From positions 1-64,000 of IMG/VR virus record IMGVR_UViG_3300010399_000031: DNA of 64,000 bases, one strand, 5' to 3'. The notes under the pieces are model-generated. The model made no database searches. It was given only the letters and a program-made list of their open reading frames with translations, and was not told the origin of the DNA. Every line of letters begins with the position of its first letter. Positions within the stretch are counted from its first letter, which is position 1. Position numbers and translations under genes: made by a program. Shown in pieces: positions 39,176 to 49,859 of the stretch.

Positions 39176-40105
39176 ATGACCATCTATAAAACAGCTTACG
39201 ACACGTTCGCTTGCCATACCTTTGTGATGTCGAGGGTGAAGCACGCTCTGGATGCGGTGTATCACACTGGTCAGCTGCAAAACATTCCTCGCTCATCGGC
39301 ATACCAATTGCAGGGGGGGTTCCCACTCGCTAACGAAGTGCCGGCTTTTGCCCATCCGATTCAGTTGGATAAGGGCCATGATCACGATGAAGTGGCACCC
39401 GTCGCCATGGATGCGCGCGCCTTTGGTAAATACGACAGCCATGTCGGTGGCTTTGTCGTGCGCAATAAAACGGAGTACGATTTTCTAGTTTTGCGCACAC
39501 GTTTGACCAATTGCTGGGTGCGGGAAGCACCCAGTTTGTTATTGAATGTCGGTACTCTGGCAATGAAGATGTATGCCCAGTGGATCGAACAGAACGTGTC
39601 AAAGAAGTTCTTGCTCGATCCACGCGAGCAACTCGTGTTTCGTATTTATGCAGCTTTTTTCTATTGGTCGCTTTTTCAAGAACACGATCATCCGTTAAGC
39701 GCAGTCGATAAACACCGCGCCATGGCGACCATTTTGAAGTCCACTGGTGCTGTCGCCAAAGAAGTCACCGAAGTGGTGGAACACTTCGAAAAACCGATCA
39801 ACGGGATCGAAGAGTTCTGTGAGTTGGCCAGTGAGGTGGTCAGTTCGATCCGACTAAAGGCGCTGAACGTCGGTGTGTTGTACGCGATTTTGGGCAACAC
39901 CTGGTTTAACAGCAACGGCAAAGAAATCGTCGCAGTTGCACTGGAACATCCTCCGACTTGGATTGCCATGATTACAATGGCTTCACAAGATCGGTCATAC
40001 AAAAACTCGGCTGTCAATCATTTGCTGGAGAAAGTCGATCGGCGTGATAAGGGAGTGTCCTTCATGCGCGCTGTTACCGTCGCTCTGGATGCAGCCCAAG
40101 CATGA
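39176..40105 (+). CDS. virion protein (phiKZ gp28-like)
   Basis: Divergent from sheath; VALEHPPTW motif; synteny. Confidence 0.7.
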   Translation: MTIYKTAYDTFACHTFVMSRVKHALDAVYHTGQLQNIPRSSAYQLQGGFPLANEVPAFAHPIQLDKGHDHDEVAPVAMDARAFGKYDSHVGGFVVRNKTEYDFLVLRTRLTNCWVREAPSLLLNVGTLAMKMYAQWIEQNVSKKFLLDPREQLVFRIYAAFFYWSLFQEHDHPLSAVDKHRAMATILKSTGAVAKEVTEVVEHFEKPINGIEEFCELASEVVSSIRLKALNVGVLYAILGNTWFNSNGKEIVAVALEHPPTWIAMITMASQDRSYKNSAVNHLLEKVDRRDKGVSFMRAVTVALDAAQA

Positions 40106-40198
40106 TTTCCATGTGGGTGAGTGAGGCACCTTCCATTTGAAGCCTAAGGGGTTTCAAGTGGGGTGCCTCATTTGCTTATTTTCGCAAAAGGGATTTTC

Positions 40199-42811
40199 AT
40201 GGCTTTCGATTATATTGTCGACCACGCGCAGAAAAACGTGTGGTGCGTGCCAAGCCAAGATAAGCAATCCATCTTGAAGCTGGCGAAGATTACACCATTA
40301 GGCGGTGTGTGGAACACTGTCCGTGTGCAATGGCGTACGATTAATTTGCCGTTGCAGAACACGCATTTTGCGGTTTATCAAATTGGTCAACTCAATACGT
40401 CCTTCTTAGGTTTGCCCGATAGCCTGGGTAAATGGACAAGCTTTCAAGCGGCAATGAATGTGTTGCCCCTGATTGTCGATCTATTTGGTGTTCAAGGTGT
40501 ACAGCTGCCGCGTTACAGCTGCTGGTACATGACGACTTGGGATCGTAATTTGATTGTTGCAATTCAGTTTCAACCGACGATCAAGATCGATCTGGATACC
40601 GACGATGTATACTTACGAGTGTACACGAACGCCTATTATCAGAGCGCGGCCTCCTCTAAGGTGGCGGACTTTATCAAGTCCAATGGTCAGACCTGTCTGA
40701 ACTCCACTTCGATCGTTAGTTTGCAAAACGAATACGAAGCGCTGCAAAGTCAGATGAGTGCAGGTCAAATCCCCACTGGAGAAGTCTACGCTTTTGTGAA
40801 TGGTTATCGAGTTTCAACGATCGATTTGTTCACTGCGCAAGTAGGTGATTGCGTGGAGTACATTTACGACAGCTCCATTTACGAGGTGGTGGACTTAAAT
40901 GTCTCGGATCTGGTTTCTTTTGCTTCAACCCTTGATGCTGAACAAAAGTATTTGATCCACTATTCACAACCAGGGGACAATCAGATTAACTATGTCGATG
41001 ACATCGATGTGTTTCTCTATCTACCGGGGAGCGATCCGCAAGGGCGTTGGAAGGGTCTCTTTTATATCCGCAACACCCCTGACTCTTTGCGTCAGGTCAC
41101 GCACAAAGACTACGCTATCCCAGTGGCATATGTCACAGCTTACGCTCAACAACAAGATTGGGATGCCTCGCAAATCGTAGTGCGTTTACATGTGCGTAAA
41201 AGCGGCATGAGCCGGGCCTTAGTATTTGAAAACAATCGTATCGAGGAGTTGTATAAACTACCCGACGCAGAACTCGTCCAGGCAATGGTGGGGGTGAATG
41301 CTACGGTGCCAAATTGGCAAGCAGCTGTATTAGAGGCAGCGGCTTATACCGAGATCATGCGGCAGCCCGTGGCCAATGGTATCACCAACCTCATGGTGCA
41401 AAACGCCTATGGTTACAATGCTCTCTCAAAGGTCATCGGTGATACGCCCACTTTCTCGCGAGTGTATTCCGGACAGACGATTGCGGATATCCCGTATGCA
41501 TTGGAAGCGAACTGCACTGCATTTGAATACGATGTCAACGGTTTGTTGATCGGGTTTTTCCAGCACAAATTTGGGCAGACCTACTCATGCTCGACTTCTT
41601 TTGCTAACCTAGTGGAGTTTATCTCTGGGCAAGGTGGGCAATTGCTTGATGAGACCTACGGGCAAAAGCAAGTAGCGATTATCCCCGGAACCAATTATCG
41701 CTACTATATCTGTCCGATTGATCAAGTTACAGGTAACCCCACTTATCAGTGGCAAGATGTCACCGGAAGTTCGAAGTATGCGATCTCGAACAACATGGTT
41801 ACCTGGTTGATTGACACCACCCAGTATTACACGTTAGTGCGAGGTGACCAAAAGTTCCTAGCGTATGAAATGAACCTGATGGCGCAAGCAGGGGTGTTGG
41901 AATTTACACTCACGCAGCAAGCAGTGCGTAACTTACAAATTCAAACCATCGAGATGGAAATTCCGATGGGTGAGTTGCAAGTGTGGCTCAATCAACAAGC
42001 ATTGATTGAAGGAGTTGACTACTTTGTTCAGTTTCCGAAAGTGGTCATCACCAACAAGAACTACTTGCAAAATGTGGCCACTCAGGAGCAAAACATCTTC
42101 GTACGGTTCACAGGTTTTTGCAATAGCGACTTGACGCGTGATGCGGTCCAAGATGTGGGTTGGGTAAAATACGGCAGACTCTCGGACAATAACCGCTACG
42201 ATATTCGCGACGACAAAGTACTTTCGATTTTAGTGGGTGGGCGTACCTACGATCGTTCGCAATTGACGTTCCAGGAAAGCAATGGAGCGGCGTTGCCGCA
42301 AGATGCCCGTAATGGGGAGCCGTATCAGATCCGTGACATTGTGGTACCGCTGGAAGGTTTGGTGGCAGCGGACACCTATAGCTTGCGGTCGCAGTCAGGC
42401 GTCATCGATAAAGTAGTGTCCGATTACCTCACCTCACGATTGCAAGAAAGTGACCCTGACATCCCTTCAGTGATTCCGAATCTGTGGGCGGTGTATAGTC
42501 CCTTTTGCAGTCGGATTTTGAACGACCTGATCAGTGGGGTGTTTGCGCCGTCCTTTCTTACCAGCAACTACAGCGACCAGGATGTCGTGAACGCCTGCGT
42601 TTCGTATGAGTGGTTGCTTGCGTTTGATCAAACGCAAGATGCGATCGAGGCTGACCCGCAGTACATGGTCGTTCACCCGCACAACCTTAATGCACCAATG
42701 ACGGTATCCATCTACGTCTACAAGTTCATCTCCCGGATCGTGAATCTGTACTTGCATAACCGGGTGGATTTGTCGGTGTGGCTGAACATCCAACAAATTG
42801 CTGCCGCATAA
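40199..42811 (+). CDS. virion/baseplate protein (phiKZ gp27-like)
   Basis: Start MAFDYIV at 40199; NVWCVPSQD and AYGYNA blocks; synteny. Confidence 0.75.
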   Translation: MAFDYIVDHAQKNVWCVPSQDKQSILKLAKITPLGGVWNTVRVQWRTINLPLQNTHFAVYQIGQLNTSFLGLPDSLGKWTSFQAAMNVLPLIVDLFGVQGVQLPRYSCWYMTTWDRNLIVAIQFQPTIKIDLDTDDVYLRVYTNAYYQSAASSKVADFIKSNGQTCLNSTSIVSLQNEYEALQSQMSAGQIPTGEVYAFVNGYRVSTIDLFTAQVGDCVEYIYDSSIYEVVDLNVSDLVSFASTLDAEQKYLIHYSQPGDNQINYVDDIDVFLYLPGSDPQGRWKGLFYIRNTPDSLRQVTHKDYAIPVAYVTAYAQQQDWDASQIVVRLHVRKSGMSRALVFENNRIEELYKLPDAELVQAMVGVNATVPNWQAAVLEAAAYTEIMRQPVANGITNLMVQNAYGYNALSKVIGDTPTFSRVYSGQTIADIPYALEANCTAFEYDVNGLLIGFFQHKFGQTYSCSTSFANLVEFISGQGGQLLDETYGQKQVAIIPGTNYRYYICPIDQVTGNPTYQWQDVTGSSKYAISNNMVTWLIDTTQYYTLVRGDQKFLAYEMNLMAQAGVLEFTLTQQAVRNLQIQTIEMEIPMGELQVWLNQQALIEGVDYFVQFPKVVITNKNYLQNVATQEQNIFVRFTGFCNSDLTRDAVQDVGWVKYGRLSDNNRYDIRDDKVLSILVGGRTYDRSQLTFQESNGAALPQDARNGEPYQIRDIVVPLEGLVAADTYSLRSQSGVIDKVVSDYLTSRLQESDPDIPSVIPNLWAVYSPFCSRILNDLISGVFAPSFLTSNYSDQDVVNACVSYEWLLAFDQTQDAIEADPQYMVVHPHNLNAPMTVSIYVYKFISRIVNLYLHNRVDLSVWLNIQQIAAA

Positions 42812-42824
42812 CGGAGAACATTGA

Positions 42825-44501
42825 ATGTCAACCCCCATTACCACACAGCCGCCTGCTGGCAGTGATGGCGTCGTCCCGCTTTGGCCCAAGAACCAAACGT
42901 GGAAGATCTGGAATGTCAGCGAACTCTACATGGGTCCGCTCACCCCTGGGACCAACCACTACATTCCCAATGTTGGAGATTGGGCTGTCGATACCACACT
43001 CGACCAGTTCTACAAGGTGACGGCGATCGATCCGACCACCTTTATTTCAACGCTCTTGCAGATCCAAGCCGCCGTACCGGTGGATAACTTCAGCAATACG
43101 GATCGCTTGATTTCGCCGGGACCAGGTCCGCGTCCGAACACATTCATCATGTATGCCAACCGTTCGGTTAAACCGACGGTGGCACGCATTGATGGTCGCC
43201 TCAGTATGTACGGTCAGGATGTAACTAGTTTCATCATCGCACTTGGTAGTGAGATCGATGGTACACAAAAGATCATCAGTGCGGTGTATGATCAATCGGG
43301 TACTCTGATAGGTCAGGAAGTGGCAATGGAGTTAGTGGATGGTACGTCGGGTAAAATGGCGCCGATGCCTTTTAACCTCACCGAAAATGTCGATAACGGT
43401 ACCGTGGTCACTGCCATTTTTCTATCCAGTGCCGGTGTCACGGCTTCGCAATCTCAACTGCGGGTCTGGAACACGGCATTCGTGGGTGAACTCGATCAAG
43501 GTACGAAGTACATTACCAGTATCGGCTTGGCTACACCGTTCCTTTCCTCGGCAGATCCCTCCAAGATCCTCTACCCGCTCAATGTTCCGCTGCGTGGGTT
43601 GAATCTAATGGGAATGGTGAACTATTCGGATGGCTCCTCAGTGGAGCTGCCAGTAGATGGAACCAAATTCCAGCTCTTTGGCTTTAATACCGGATTTGTC
43701 GCCACGGTGATCGGACAACAAGTACCGCTGGTTCTGAAGTACAATCTTTCCAGCGATGAAGTGGCGATGGGTGTGTCGGTCAATCAAGGAAACTTCCTCA
43801 CAAAGGAGTTCACCGCGATCACGATCGACGCCGATGGTCAATTCACGGTCAAACTCTTTGCCTACCCGATTTGGGTGGACGCCGTAAATGGTTACAGACT
43901 TCGCTGGTTCATGTTTAACCTGGATCGCGATTTGTGGTATGATGTCACAGCCAATGTTTCGTATCTGACCGGTTATAGTCCAACCACATATGGGGTGCAG
44001 CAAAAGATCCAGGTGCAGCTTAACCTGCAAAGTGTGAACGGTACGTTTAAGAACTACACATTCACGCAGACGCTGTGGCTCACATTGCTCGATCAAGGTA
44101 CGGAGCGCACCACGAATTGGACGATTGCGTTCACGCCGGGACAGACGCCCCAGTTTGGTCCGAATAACTACGCCGCGACCACGTTTATCAACCAGAATCT
44201 GTGGAAAGTTAACCTGGCTATGGGAGAAACTGATCTCGATGTATGGTTGCAGCGTACGTACTACGCCACACAACCGCTTTACGATACACAACAAGAAAGC
44301 GGGCCGCTCGTACCCGATCACTTCTCGCTACTCATCGGTGACACAGAGGTGGCTTTCCCGATTTCGCAATGGAATCAGGATCTCACGGTCACGCAGGCTT
44401 TACCTGACTCGGGTACACTCTTTGTCCGGTTCTACCAGCAAACGAGTGATAACCAATTGCAACTGGCAATTGCGGGATTCCCCTGTTATCAACAGAACTG
44501 A
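42825..44501 (+). CDS. virion/baseplate protein (phiKZ gp26-like)
   Basis: GGAG RBS, beta-rich 558 aa; synteny upstream of terminase. Confidence 0.7.
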   Translation: MSTPITTQPPAGSDGVVPLWPKNQTWKIWNVSELYMGPLTPGTNHYIPNVGDWAVDTTLDQFYKVTAIDPTTFISTLLQIQAAVPVDNFSNTDRLISPGPGPRPNTFIMYANRSVKPTVARIDGRLSMYGQDVTSFIIALGSEIDGTQKIISAVYDQSGTLIGQEVAMELVDGTSGKMAPMPFNLTENVDNGTVVTAIFLSSAGVTASQSQLRVWNTAFVGELDQGTKYITSIGLATPFLSSADPSKILYPLNVPLRGLNLMGMVNYSDGSSVELPVDGTKFQLFGFNTGFVATVIGQQVPLVLKYNLSSDEVAMGVSVNQGNFLTKEFTAITIDADGQFTVKLFAYPIWVDAVNGYRLRWFMFNLDRDLWYDVTANVSYLTGYSPTTYGVQQKIQVQLNLQSVNGTFKNYTFTQTLWLTLLDQGTERTTNWTIAFTPGQTPQFGPNNYAATTFINQNLWKVNLAMGETDLDVWLQRTYYATQPLYDTQQESGPLVPDHFSLLIGDTEVAFPISQWNQDLTVTQALPDSGTLFVRFYQQTSDNQLQLAIAGFPCYQQN

Positions 44502-44598
44502 CGGTCGGTTCCAACTACGTCTTTTCACACTGCTCGTTATGGGTGTGGAAGGGCGTAGTCTTTTTTATGACCTATCCATAACGTCTACAGGACCAGCC

Positions 44599-45132
44599 AT
44601 GTCTGATCTGTTGCAAGCTGCTATTCACCCGCCCGTAATCGTCATGCGGGCCGCCTGGTACACCGAACTCGCCGGACAAGAGTCCGTGTACTACCCTCTT
44701 GTTGTGGGAACCAAATCCTGGAGCGCACCACCATCTGCAATGAATCTTGGGAGCTGGGTAAAAATTCGCCAAGGAGTGATGGTGCGTAGCAGTTGGGGAT
44801 TGATTAACCTTGCGGTGAAATACGACGGTACTCCCTGGTTGTTGGGTCAGCAACCTTTGTTACCAGAAGATGCGCAACCTGTGAGTTGGACGGCGGATGA
44901 TACAAACTTTTGTTCTATTCATTCAGCTGTCTCTTATGGTAAAACAAGTGTTTATCCGGATGCGCAAACAGTGTCAGTGATTGCCCCGAATCCGCCAGTA
45001 CCCGACCCCTCAGAGCCGAAGATCAAAGGTAATCTGGGACGATCCCTTTTGATTACCGCCACGTTTGCCGATGGTACCTCGATTAGCGATGCATTACTCA
45101 TGTATCCGCAACCGGTACCGACAACGACTTAA
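44599..45132 (+). CDS. hypothetical protein (177 aa)
   Basis: ATG 44599 with AGGA RBS after a hairpin; the track's longer start overlaps the previous gene. Confidence 0.65.
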   Translation: MSDLLQAAIHPPVIVMRAAWYTELAGQESVYYPLVVGTKSWSAPPSAMNLGSWVKIRQGVMVRSSWGLINLAVKYDGTPWLLGQQPLLPEDAQPVSWTADDTNFCSIHSAVSYGKTSVYPDAQTVSVIAPNPPVPDPSEPKIKGNLGRSLLITATFADGTSISDALLMYPQPVPTTT

Positions 45133-45146
45133 GAGTCGAGGTTAGC

Positions 45147-45254
45147 ATGATACTGTTTGAAGAAGAAGTGGCTAATAATCAATGCGCTCGTTATGGTTGG
45201 TCTCGTCCTTACCAAGGATGGACCTTTTTACCCCTAGAGAATAACCAAGTGTAG
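45147..45254 (+). pseudogene. 35-codon upstream ORF beginning like the terminase N-terminus (possible homing-endonuclease remnant)
   Basis: GAGG RBS; MILFEEEVANNQCARYGWSRPYQGWTFLPLENNQV*; its TAG overlaps the AGGAGGT in front of the terminase frame. Confidence 0.5.
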
Positions 45255-45264
45255 GAGGTGTATC

Positions 45265-47505
45265 ATTATCCTCTTTGAATCTGACTGGGGCAAATACCCA
45301 GAAGCTATCGCAGACTTCACGACGAAGAATACCAGTTTTCTGCGCATGGCTCAAGTACTTCGCCACATGGGAATTTCAAACCATACTTTCATGTTGGCGC
45401 TGCATAACCCCGAATTGCAAGGGGTCGACCCGTTTGACTACGAGAATTTAACACTCGAAATGCAGGGGGCGATCGCGCTGGAATGTAAGGTCAATCCCTG
45501 GTACTTCTTTCGAGAGTGCGCGCGTGCGCCGGTGCAAGGTACGATGGAGCCGGCTCAGGTTGAAGCTAACCGTGGCAATCTGTGTTTGTGGTGGTGTTTC
45601 TTTAACCACCTGTTTATTATCTTGATTCAGATTCGCCAGACGGGTAAATCCTTTTCAACTGATTTGCTCTGGGTGCTCTGTTTGGAGTTGATGTGTGAAC
45701 ATACCACGATCAACTTGTTGACGAAAGACGATATGCTACGCAAAGATAACGTCGAACGGATCAAGAACATTATGCTGGATCTACCGCGCTATTTGGATTT
45801 GCGCACACGGGGGGACGCCGATAATACGGAAATGATTACCGTTAATCGGATGGGTAATAAATGGAAAGCGCACGTACCACAGGCTCAGGAAAAGCTGGCT
45901 AATAACTTAGGTCGCGGGATGACTTCTCCGATCTTCCAGATCGATGAGGGTCCCTTCCAACGCAATATCGCCATTGCTTTGCCGGCGGCGCTGGCCGCTT
46001 CCGCCAAAGCGGTGACCCAAGCCATTGAAAACGACACGCCTTACGGTACCATCATGACCACCACCGCTGGCAAAAAGAATGACCCAGACGGTGCATACGT
46101 CTACGAGATGATTGAAGAGTCAGCACAGTGGACGGAAAAGCTTTACGACTGTAAAAATCGGGAAGAGTTGGAGCGTGTGGTGCGCGGCAGTAGTCGAAAA
46201 AAGCTCTACCAGATTCACGCCAACTTTAACCACATTCAGTTGGGTAAAGACGATCAGTGGCTCTACGAGACGATTCAACGGGTCAAATCTAAAGGGGAAG
46301 CAGCAGATCGCGACTTCTTTAACCGCTGGACGAGTGGTTCGAAGTCCATGCCGTTTTCGATTGAGTTGGCCGAGCGCGCCGCTAAGTCAGAGATGGAGCC
46401 GCTTTATGTGGATATCAGCAAACCCGATGGGTATGTGACGCGTTGGTTTATTCCGGAGTCGCAAATCGAACACCGGATGCAGTCAAGTAAGTTTGTGATG
46501 GGTAAGGATACCTCGGATGCGTCCAATGGCGATGATATCTCCATGATCATTGTCGACATCGAGACAGGTGAAACGGTCGCGGCTGGTACGTTTAATAACA
46601 CGAACCTCACGCCGTATTTCCGTTGGGTGGCTTCCATCTTAGTCAACTACAAGAACGTCACTGCGATCATTGAGCGACGTAGTACCGGTGCAGCTTTGCT
46701 TGACGCCTTGCTTTGGATTTTGCCTCAGCATGGGGAAGATCCTTTCAAGCGCATCTTTAACTTTGTTGTCAATGATTACTTGGAGTATCCAGATCGGTAT
46801 AAAGAAATCAACATGCACGTCAATCGGCGCCCCAGCGATATTTACGTGCGATACAAGAAAACCTTTGGTTTCCCCACTTCAGCTTCGGGTGTGACGTCTC
46901 GTACGGCGCTTTACTCGGAGACACTGACTTCTGCCATGCAGCGTTCGTCCGGGAAGATGCGGGATGCCACCTTAATTAAGCAAACGCTGGGTCTGGTGGT
47001 TAAAGATGGACGGGTCGATCACATGCCGGGTGAACACGATGACATGGTCATCGGTTGGTTGCTCTGTCACTGGTTTATGACTAAAGCAACCAATCTGGCT
47101 TACTACGGAATTGATTCGCGCACCATTCTTGCTAAAGCTCAGCCAGTGAGGATTCTCACTCAAGCCGAACAACATGCTTTGAAAGAGCAAGAGCGTGTGC
47201 GTGCTGAGATTGAAACACTTTATAAACGTCTTCAACGGGAGAATGACGACTTCGTTTGTATGCGTATCGAACACATGCTCAAATCGTTATCGATGAAAAT
47301 CGAGAGTAAAGATGAAGACGCGGTGTCGATGGATGAATTGATTCGTCAAGCTCGGGAAAGCAGACGCGAGCGCAAGCGCTCTCCGCTTGGACAAAAAGGA
47401 CAGTCGATCTATCAGAACTCAGGCTACGCAGGTTCAGCCCACCAAGGTGAATTTTCTGATCGACCCATGTCTGCTAATGAAATCTACCGAAAAAGATATG
47501 GTTGA
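45265..47505 (+). CDS. terL: terminase large subunit (phiKZ gp25-like), proposed ATT start
   Basis: RQTGKS Walker A, FQIDE Walker B, MGKDTS and HDDMV nuclease motifs. Frame extends upstream of ATG 45346 as ILFESDWGKYPEAIADFTTKNTSFLR; exact start uncertain. Confidence 0.88.
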   Translation: MILFESDWGKYPEAIADFTTKNTSFLRMAQVLRHMGISNHTFMLALHNPELQGVDPFDYENLTLEMQGAIALECKVNPWYFFRECARAPVQGTMEPAQVEANRGNLCLWWCFFNHLFIILIQIRQTGKSFSTDLLWVLCLELMCEHTTINLLTKDDMLRKDNVERIKNIMLDLPRYLDLRTRGDADNTEMITVNRMGNKWKAHVPQAQEKLANNLGRGMTSPIFQIDEGPFQRNIAIALPAALAASAKAVTQAIENDTPYGTIMTTTAGKKNDPDGAYVYEMIEESAQWTEKLYDCKNREELERVVRGSSRKKLYQIHANFNHIQLGKDDQWLYETIQRVKSKGEAADRDFFNRWTSGSKSMPFSIELAERAAKSEMEPLYVDISKPDGYVTRWFIPESQIEHRMQSSKFVMGKDTSDASNGDDISMIIVDIETGETVAAGTFNNTNLTPYFRWVASILVNYKNVTAIIERRSTGAALLDALLWILPQHGEDPFKRIFNFVVNDYLEYPDRYKEINMHVNRRPSDIYVRYKKTFGFPTSASGVTSRTALYSETLTSAMQRSSGKMRDATLIKQTLGLVVKDGRVDHMPGEHDDMVIGWLLCHWFMTKATNLAYYGIDSRTILAKAQPVRILTQAEQHALKEQERVRAEIETLYKRLQRENDDFVCMRIEHMLKSLSMKIESKDEDAVSMDELIRQARESRRERKRSPLGQKGQSIYQNSGYAGSAHQGEFSDRPMSANEIYRKRYG

Positions 47506-47541
47506 ACCATTATCTTGTGGTTATAACTGAAGGAGTACCGA

Positions 47542-48048
47542 ATGTCACGTATATTCAAACGAGCGTTGGAGGCTTACGACGACCAATCCACAGGCGGTGA
47601 GAAAGACGTTGTGGTCATGAAAGGTCCGCTCTCTGAGCTTTACACTGAGGCTCTGAATAAAGCGTATGCCAAACCAAACGCCTTAGACGGAGTGGCCGTT
47701 GAATCGCAAGCAAACGATGTGTTGATGATGCAGGCACTCGCCAGCGACTTCAGTAATCCACCTGAGGAAGAAAACTCTGCGAACACGACGGTCTATGGTG
47801 TATCGGCTCAAAATCCGACCAACGATGATTTTGTCAATATCTCGAAAGAGTTCGAAGGTGAAGACAAACTCGTTCTTATCATCGACGGTACCGATGCAGG
47901 ACCTAACAGTCCTGAGGACTCGATTCCGGCTGAGAAAGCGCAGATGCTCACTGGAGCATTGGAATCGTTCGTTATCGCCAACGGTGGGATAGTGTTCCAT
48001 TCGCTGCAAGAGTTTGCCAACGCGCGTGGTAACAAACAAGCAGGTTAA
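47542..48048 (+). CDS. putative head protein, acidic
   Basis: AAGGAG RBS; ALE, AVE and ALE candidate maturation sites. Confidence 0.65.
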   Translation: MSRIFKRALEAYDDQSTGGEKDVVVMKGPLSELYTEALNKAYAKPNALDGVAVESQANDVLMMQALASDFSNPPEEENSANTTVYGVSAQNPTNDDFVNISKEFEGEDKLVLIIDGTDAGPNSPEDSIPAEKAQMLTGALESFVIANGGIVFHSLQEFANARGNKQAG

Positions 48049-48145
48049 ATCCTGTGAGCTAGGGGAGCCTTAGGGCTTTCCTAGCTTTTATGTCGTTAAT
48101 TTTGTGTAAGTATCTTAACGACACGCATTCAAAGGGTTTTCCCAA

Positions 48146-49372
48146 ATGAACGGACTCATTAAAGGAGTCTTTGAGGAAGTTTGTCACACACTTCTTCTGG
48201 ACTCCACTCTTGTCAAACGCCTGCGCGTGTATGAAAGTAGTTTCGTGGGTCGGAATGCGGATCACATCGAGTTTTTTGGTGGGCACCTCCTGGGGGTGAA
48301 TCCAGTTAAGTTTCTGCCTTCTGATCAGATGCGTTGGTTCGATGAAATCATCCGGGCAGATGAATTGATTCTGGAAGAAAAACTCTTGGCGCTACCCAGT
48401 GTAAATCGAGATTGGAAAATCTCCTCGAATACGATGAACCTCTCGTGCGCCTGGTTGATTCATGCGATCAACACCTCAAAAGCGATAAGCGCGGAGCAGC
48501 GCAAGCAAGCCATGATGGATGTACTGCTCATCTTGCAGTACAAGTTTTTCACCTCTTTGCTCTTTCACTACTTTCGCTACCCTGCTAAACGGGAAGTGGC
48601 AGAAGCGACTTACGCCGCACTCTCCGATAAGTTCACCTTGCGACAAGTGGGAACATGGTCTGCGCTTTTTCATGATCGGGCAGAAACCATTCTCTCCAAG
48701 GACAGCCCCCATTACGAGACGATTCAAAAGCTTGACTCAGACGAAGGCGTCATCTATTTTCTCAACGACGTGCAAGGGCGTATTCGCGACGTGATGAAAA
48801 ACATCTACGCCGTGTATGACCGGGTTCACAACTCGGGCGTTGCGATCCAAAGCACCTCTGCGGTGGTGGATCATGATGGAGAGAAAATTCTAAAAGACAA
48901 GTCCAAGAACTTGCTGGCCTACACTCGATACCTGAACAGCATCGTTACGGATCAGAACTCCTTTATCCGGGAAGAACTCGTTCGGGTGATTTTGCAACTG
49001 ATGCACACGGCTCCTCCGAGCGTCTTTGAGCAGACACTGCAATGGATGAGTCAACACTATCGACAGAGCAATTACGGGATCATCGAGCAAGTCCTTAACG
49101 AGACGCTCATCCATTCCTTTGCCTACTTCGATGAACATCGCGAGTATGTCCGAGGTGAGCCGAACTTGACGAGCCTACTCGGTCGTCTAAAAGGTGTATA
49201 CACGTCGAGTCGCTCCACGGACCCTGTACTCATGAAGCTGCGTGAAAACGCAGAGAAGCTGGTCGAGATGGCAACTAAGAATAAGAATGAGTCGACGCTT
49301 GCAAGCGTACGCACAGCCTTGTTGCTGTACTTGGTTGCTCGTGCTTTGACCATGACCCACTACGCAGGTTAG
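48146..49372 (+). CDS. phiKZ-like conserved (probable virion) protein
   Basis: 408-aa helical ORF with FFGGHLLGV and YTSSRS blocks. Confidence 0.7.
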   Translation: MNGLIKGVFEEVCHTLLLDSTLVKRLRVYESSFVGRNADHIEFFGGHLLGVNPVKFLPSDQMRWFDEIIRADELILEEKLLALPSVNRDWKISSNTMNLSCAWLIHAINTSKAISAEQRKQAMMDVLLILQYKFFTSLLFHYFRYPAKREVAEATYAALSDKFTLRQVGTWSALFHDRAETILSKDSPHYETIQKLDSDEGVIYFLNDVQGRIRDVMKNIYAVYDRVHNSGVAIQSTSAVVDHDGEKILKDKSKNLLAYTRYLNSIVTDQNSFIREELVRVILQLMHTAPPSVFEQTLQWMSQHYRQSNYGIIEQVLNETLIHSFAYFDEHREYVRGEPNLTSLLGRLKGVYTSSRSTDPVLMKLRENAEKLVEMATKNKNESTLASVRTALLLYLVARALTMTHYAG

Positions 49373-49435
49373 TTGCGACGCACGGTGAGCTTATCGCGAG
49401 GGTAGGTAAGCTCTACCGTACCTAGGTGGTCAATC

Positions 49436-49849
49436 ATGCACTTCATCAGACGTATTTTGTCTCGATGTTTCCTGTTTGTGGAGAAACGATTAAAAGGAAA
49501 CAAGTCATTCACCAATATCACCATCCCGGAAGATCATGACTTGGTCGGTTGGCTTGAAGGGTACTCTGTTACAGGTTACCGAATCAAGATCTTCTGTAGT
49601 AAGGTACGCTACCGCAAGCAGTACTCACGCTGGTATGTGCCTGCCAGTAACATCGATCTCTACCACGTCTACAGTGTCGTCAGTCCCGACGCACCAGCGG
49701 CGTTAAAACAAGCCTGCTCATTGGAGATCACGATTCCTCCCCCGCATCCTGAGTTTCTCAATACCGAGTTCCAAAAAGACGCAGCGATTGAATGGTACTT
49801 GGATTTGTTGATTCAACGGATTCCTAACGAGGATCGGTTTAACGGGTAA
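49436..49849 (+). CDS. hypothetical protein
   Basis: 137-aa ORF with AGGTGG RBS. Confidence 0.65.
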   Translation: MHFIRRILSRCFLFVEKRLKGNKSFTNITIPEDHDLVGWLEGYSVTGYRIKIFCSKVRYRKQYSRWYVPASNIDLYHVYSVVSPDAPAALKQACSLEITIPPPHPEFLNTEFQKDAAIEWYLDLLIQRIPNEDRFNG

Positions 49850-49859
49850 TGGTTCCAGG

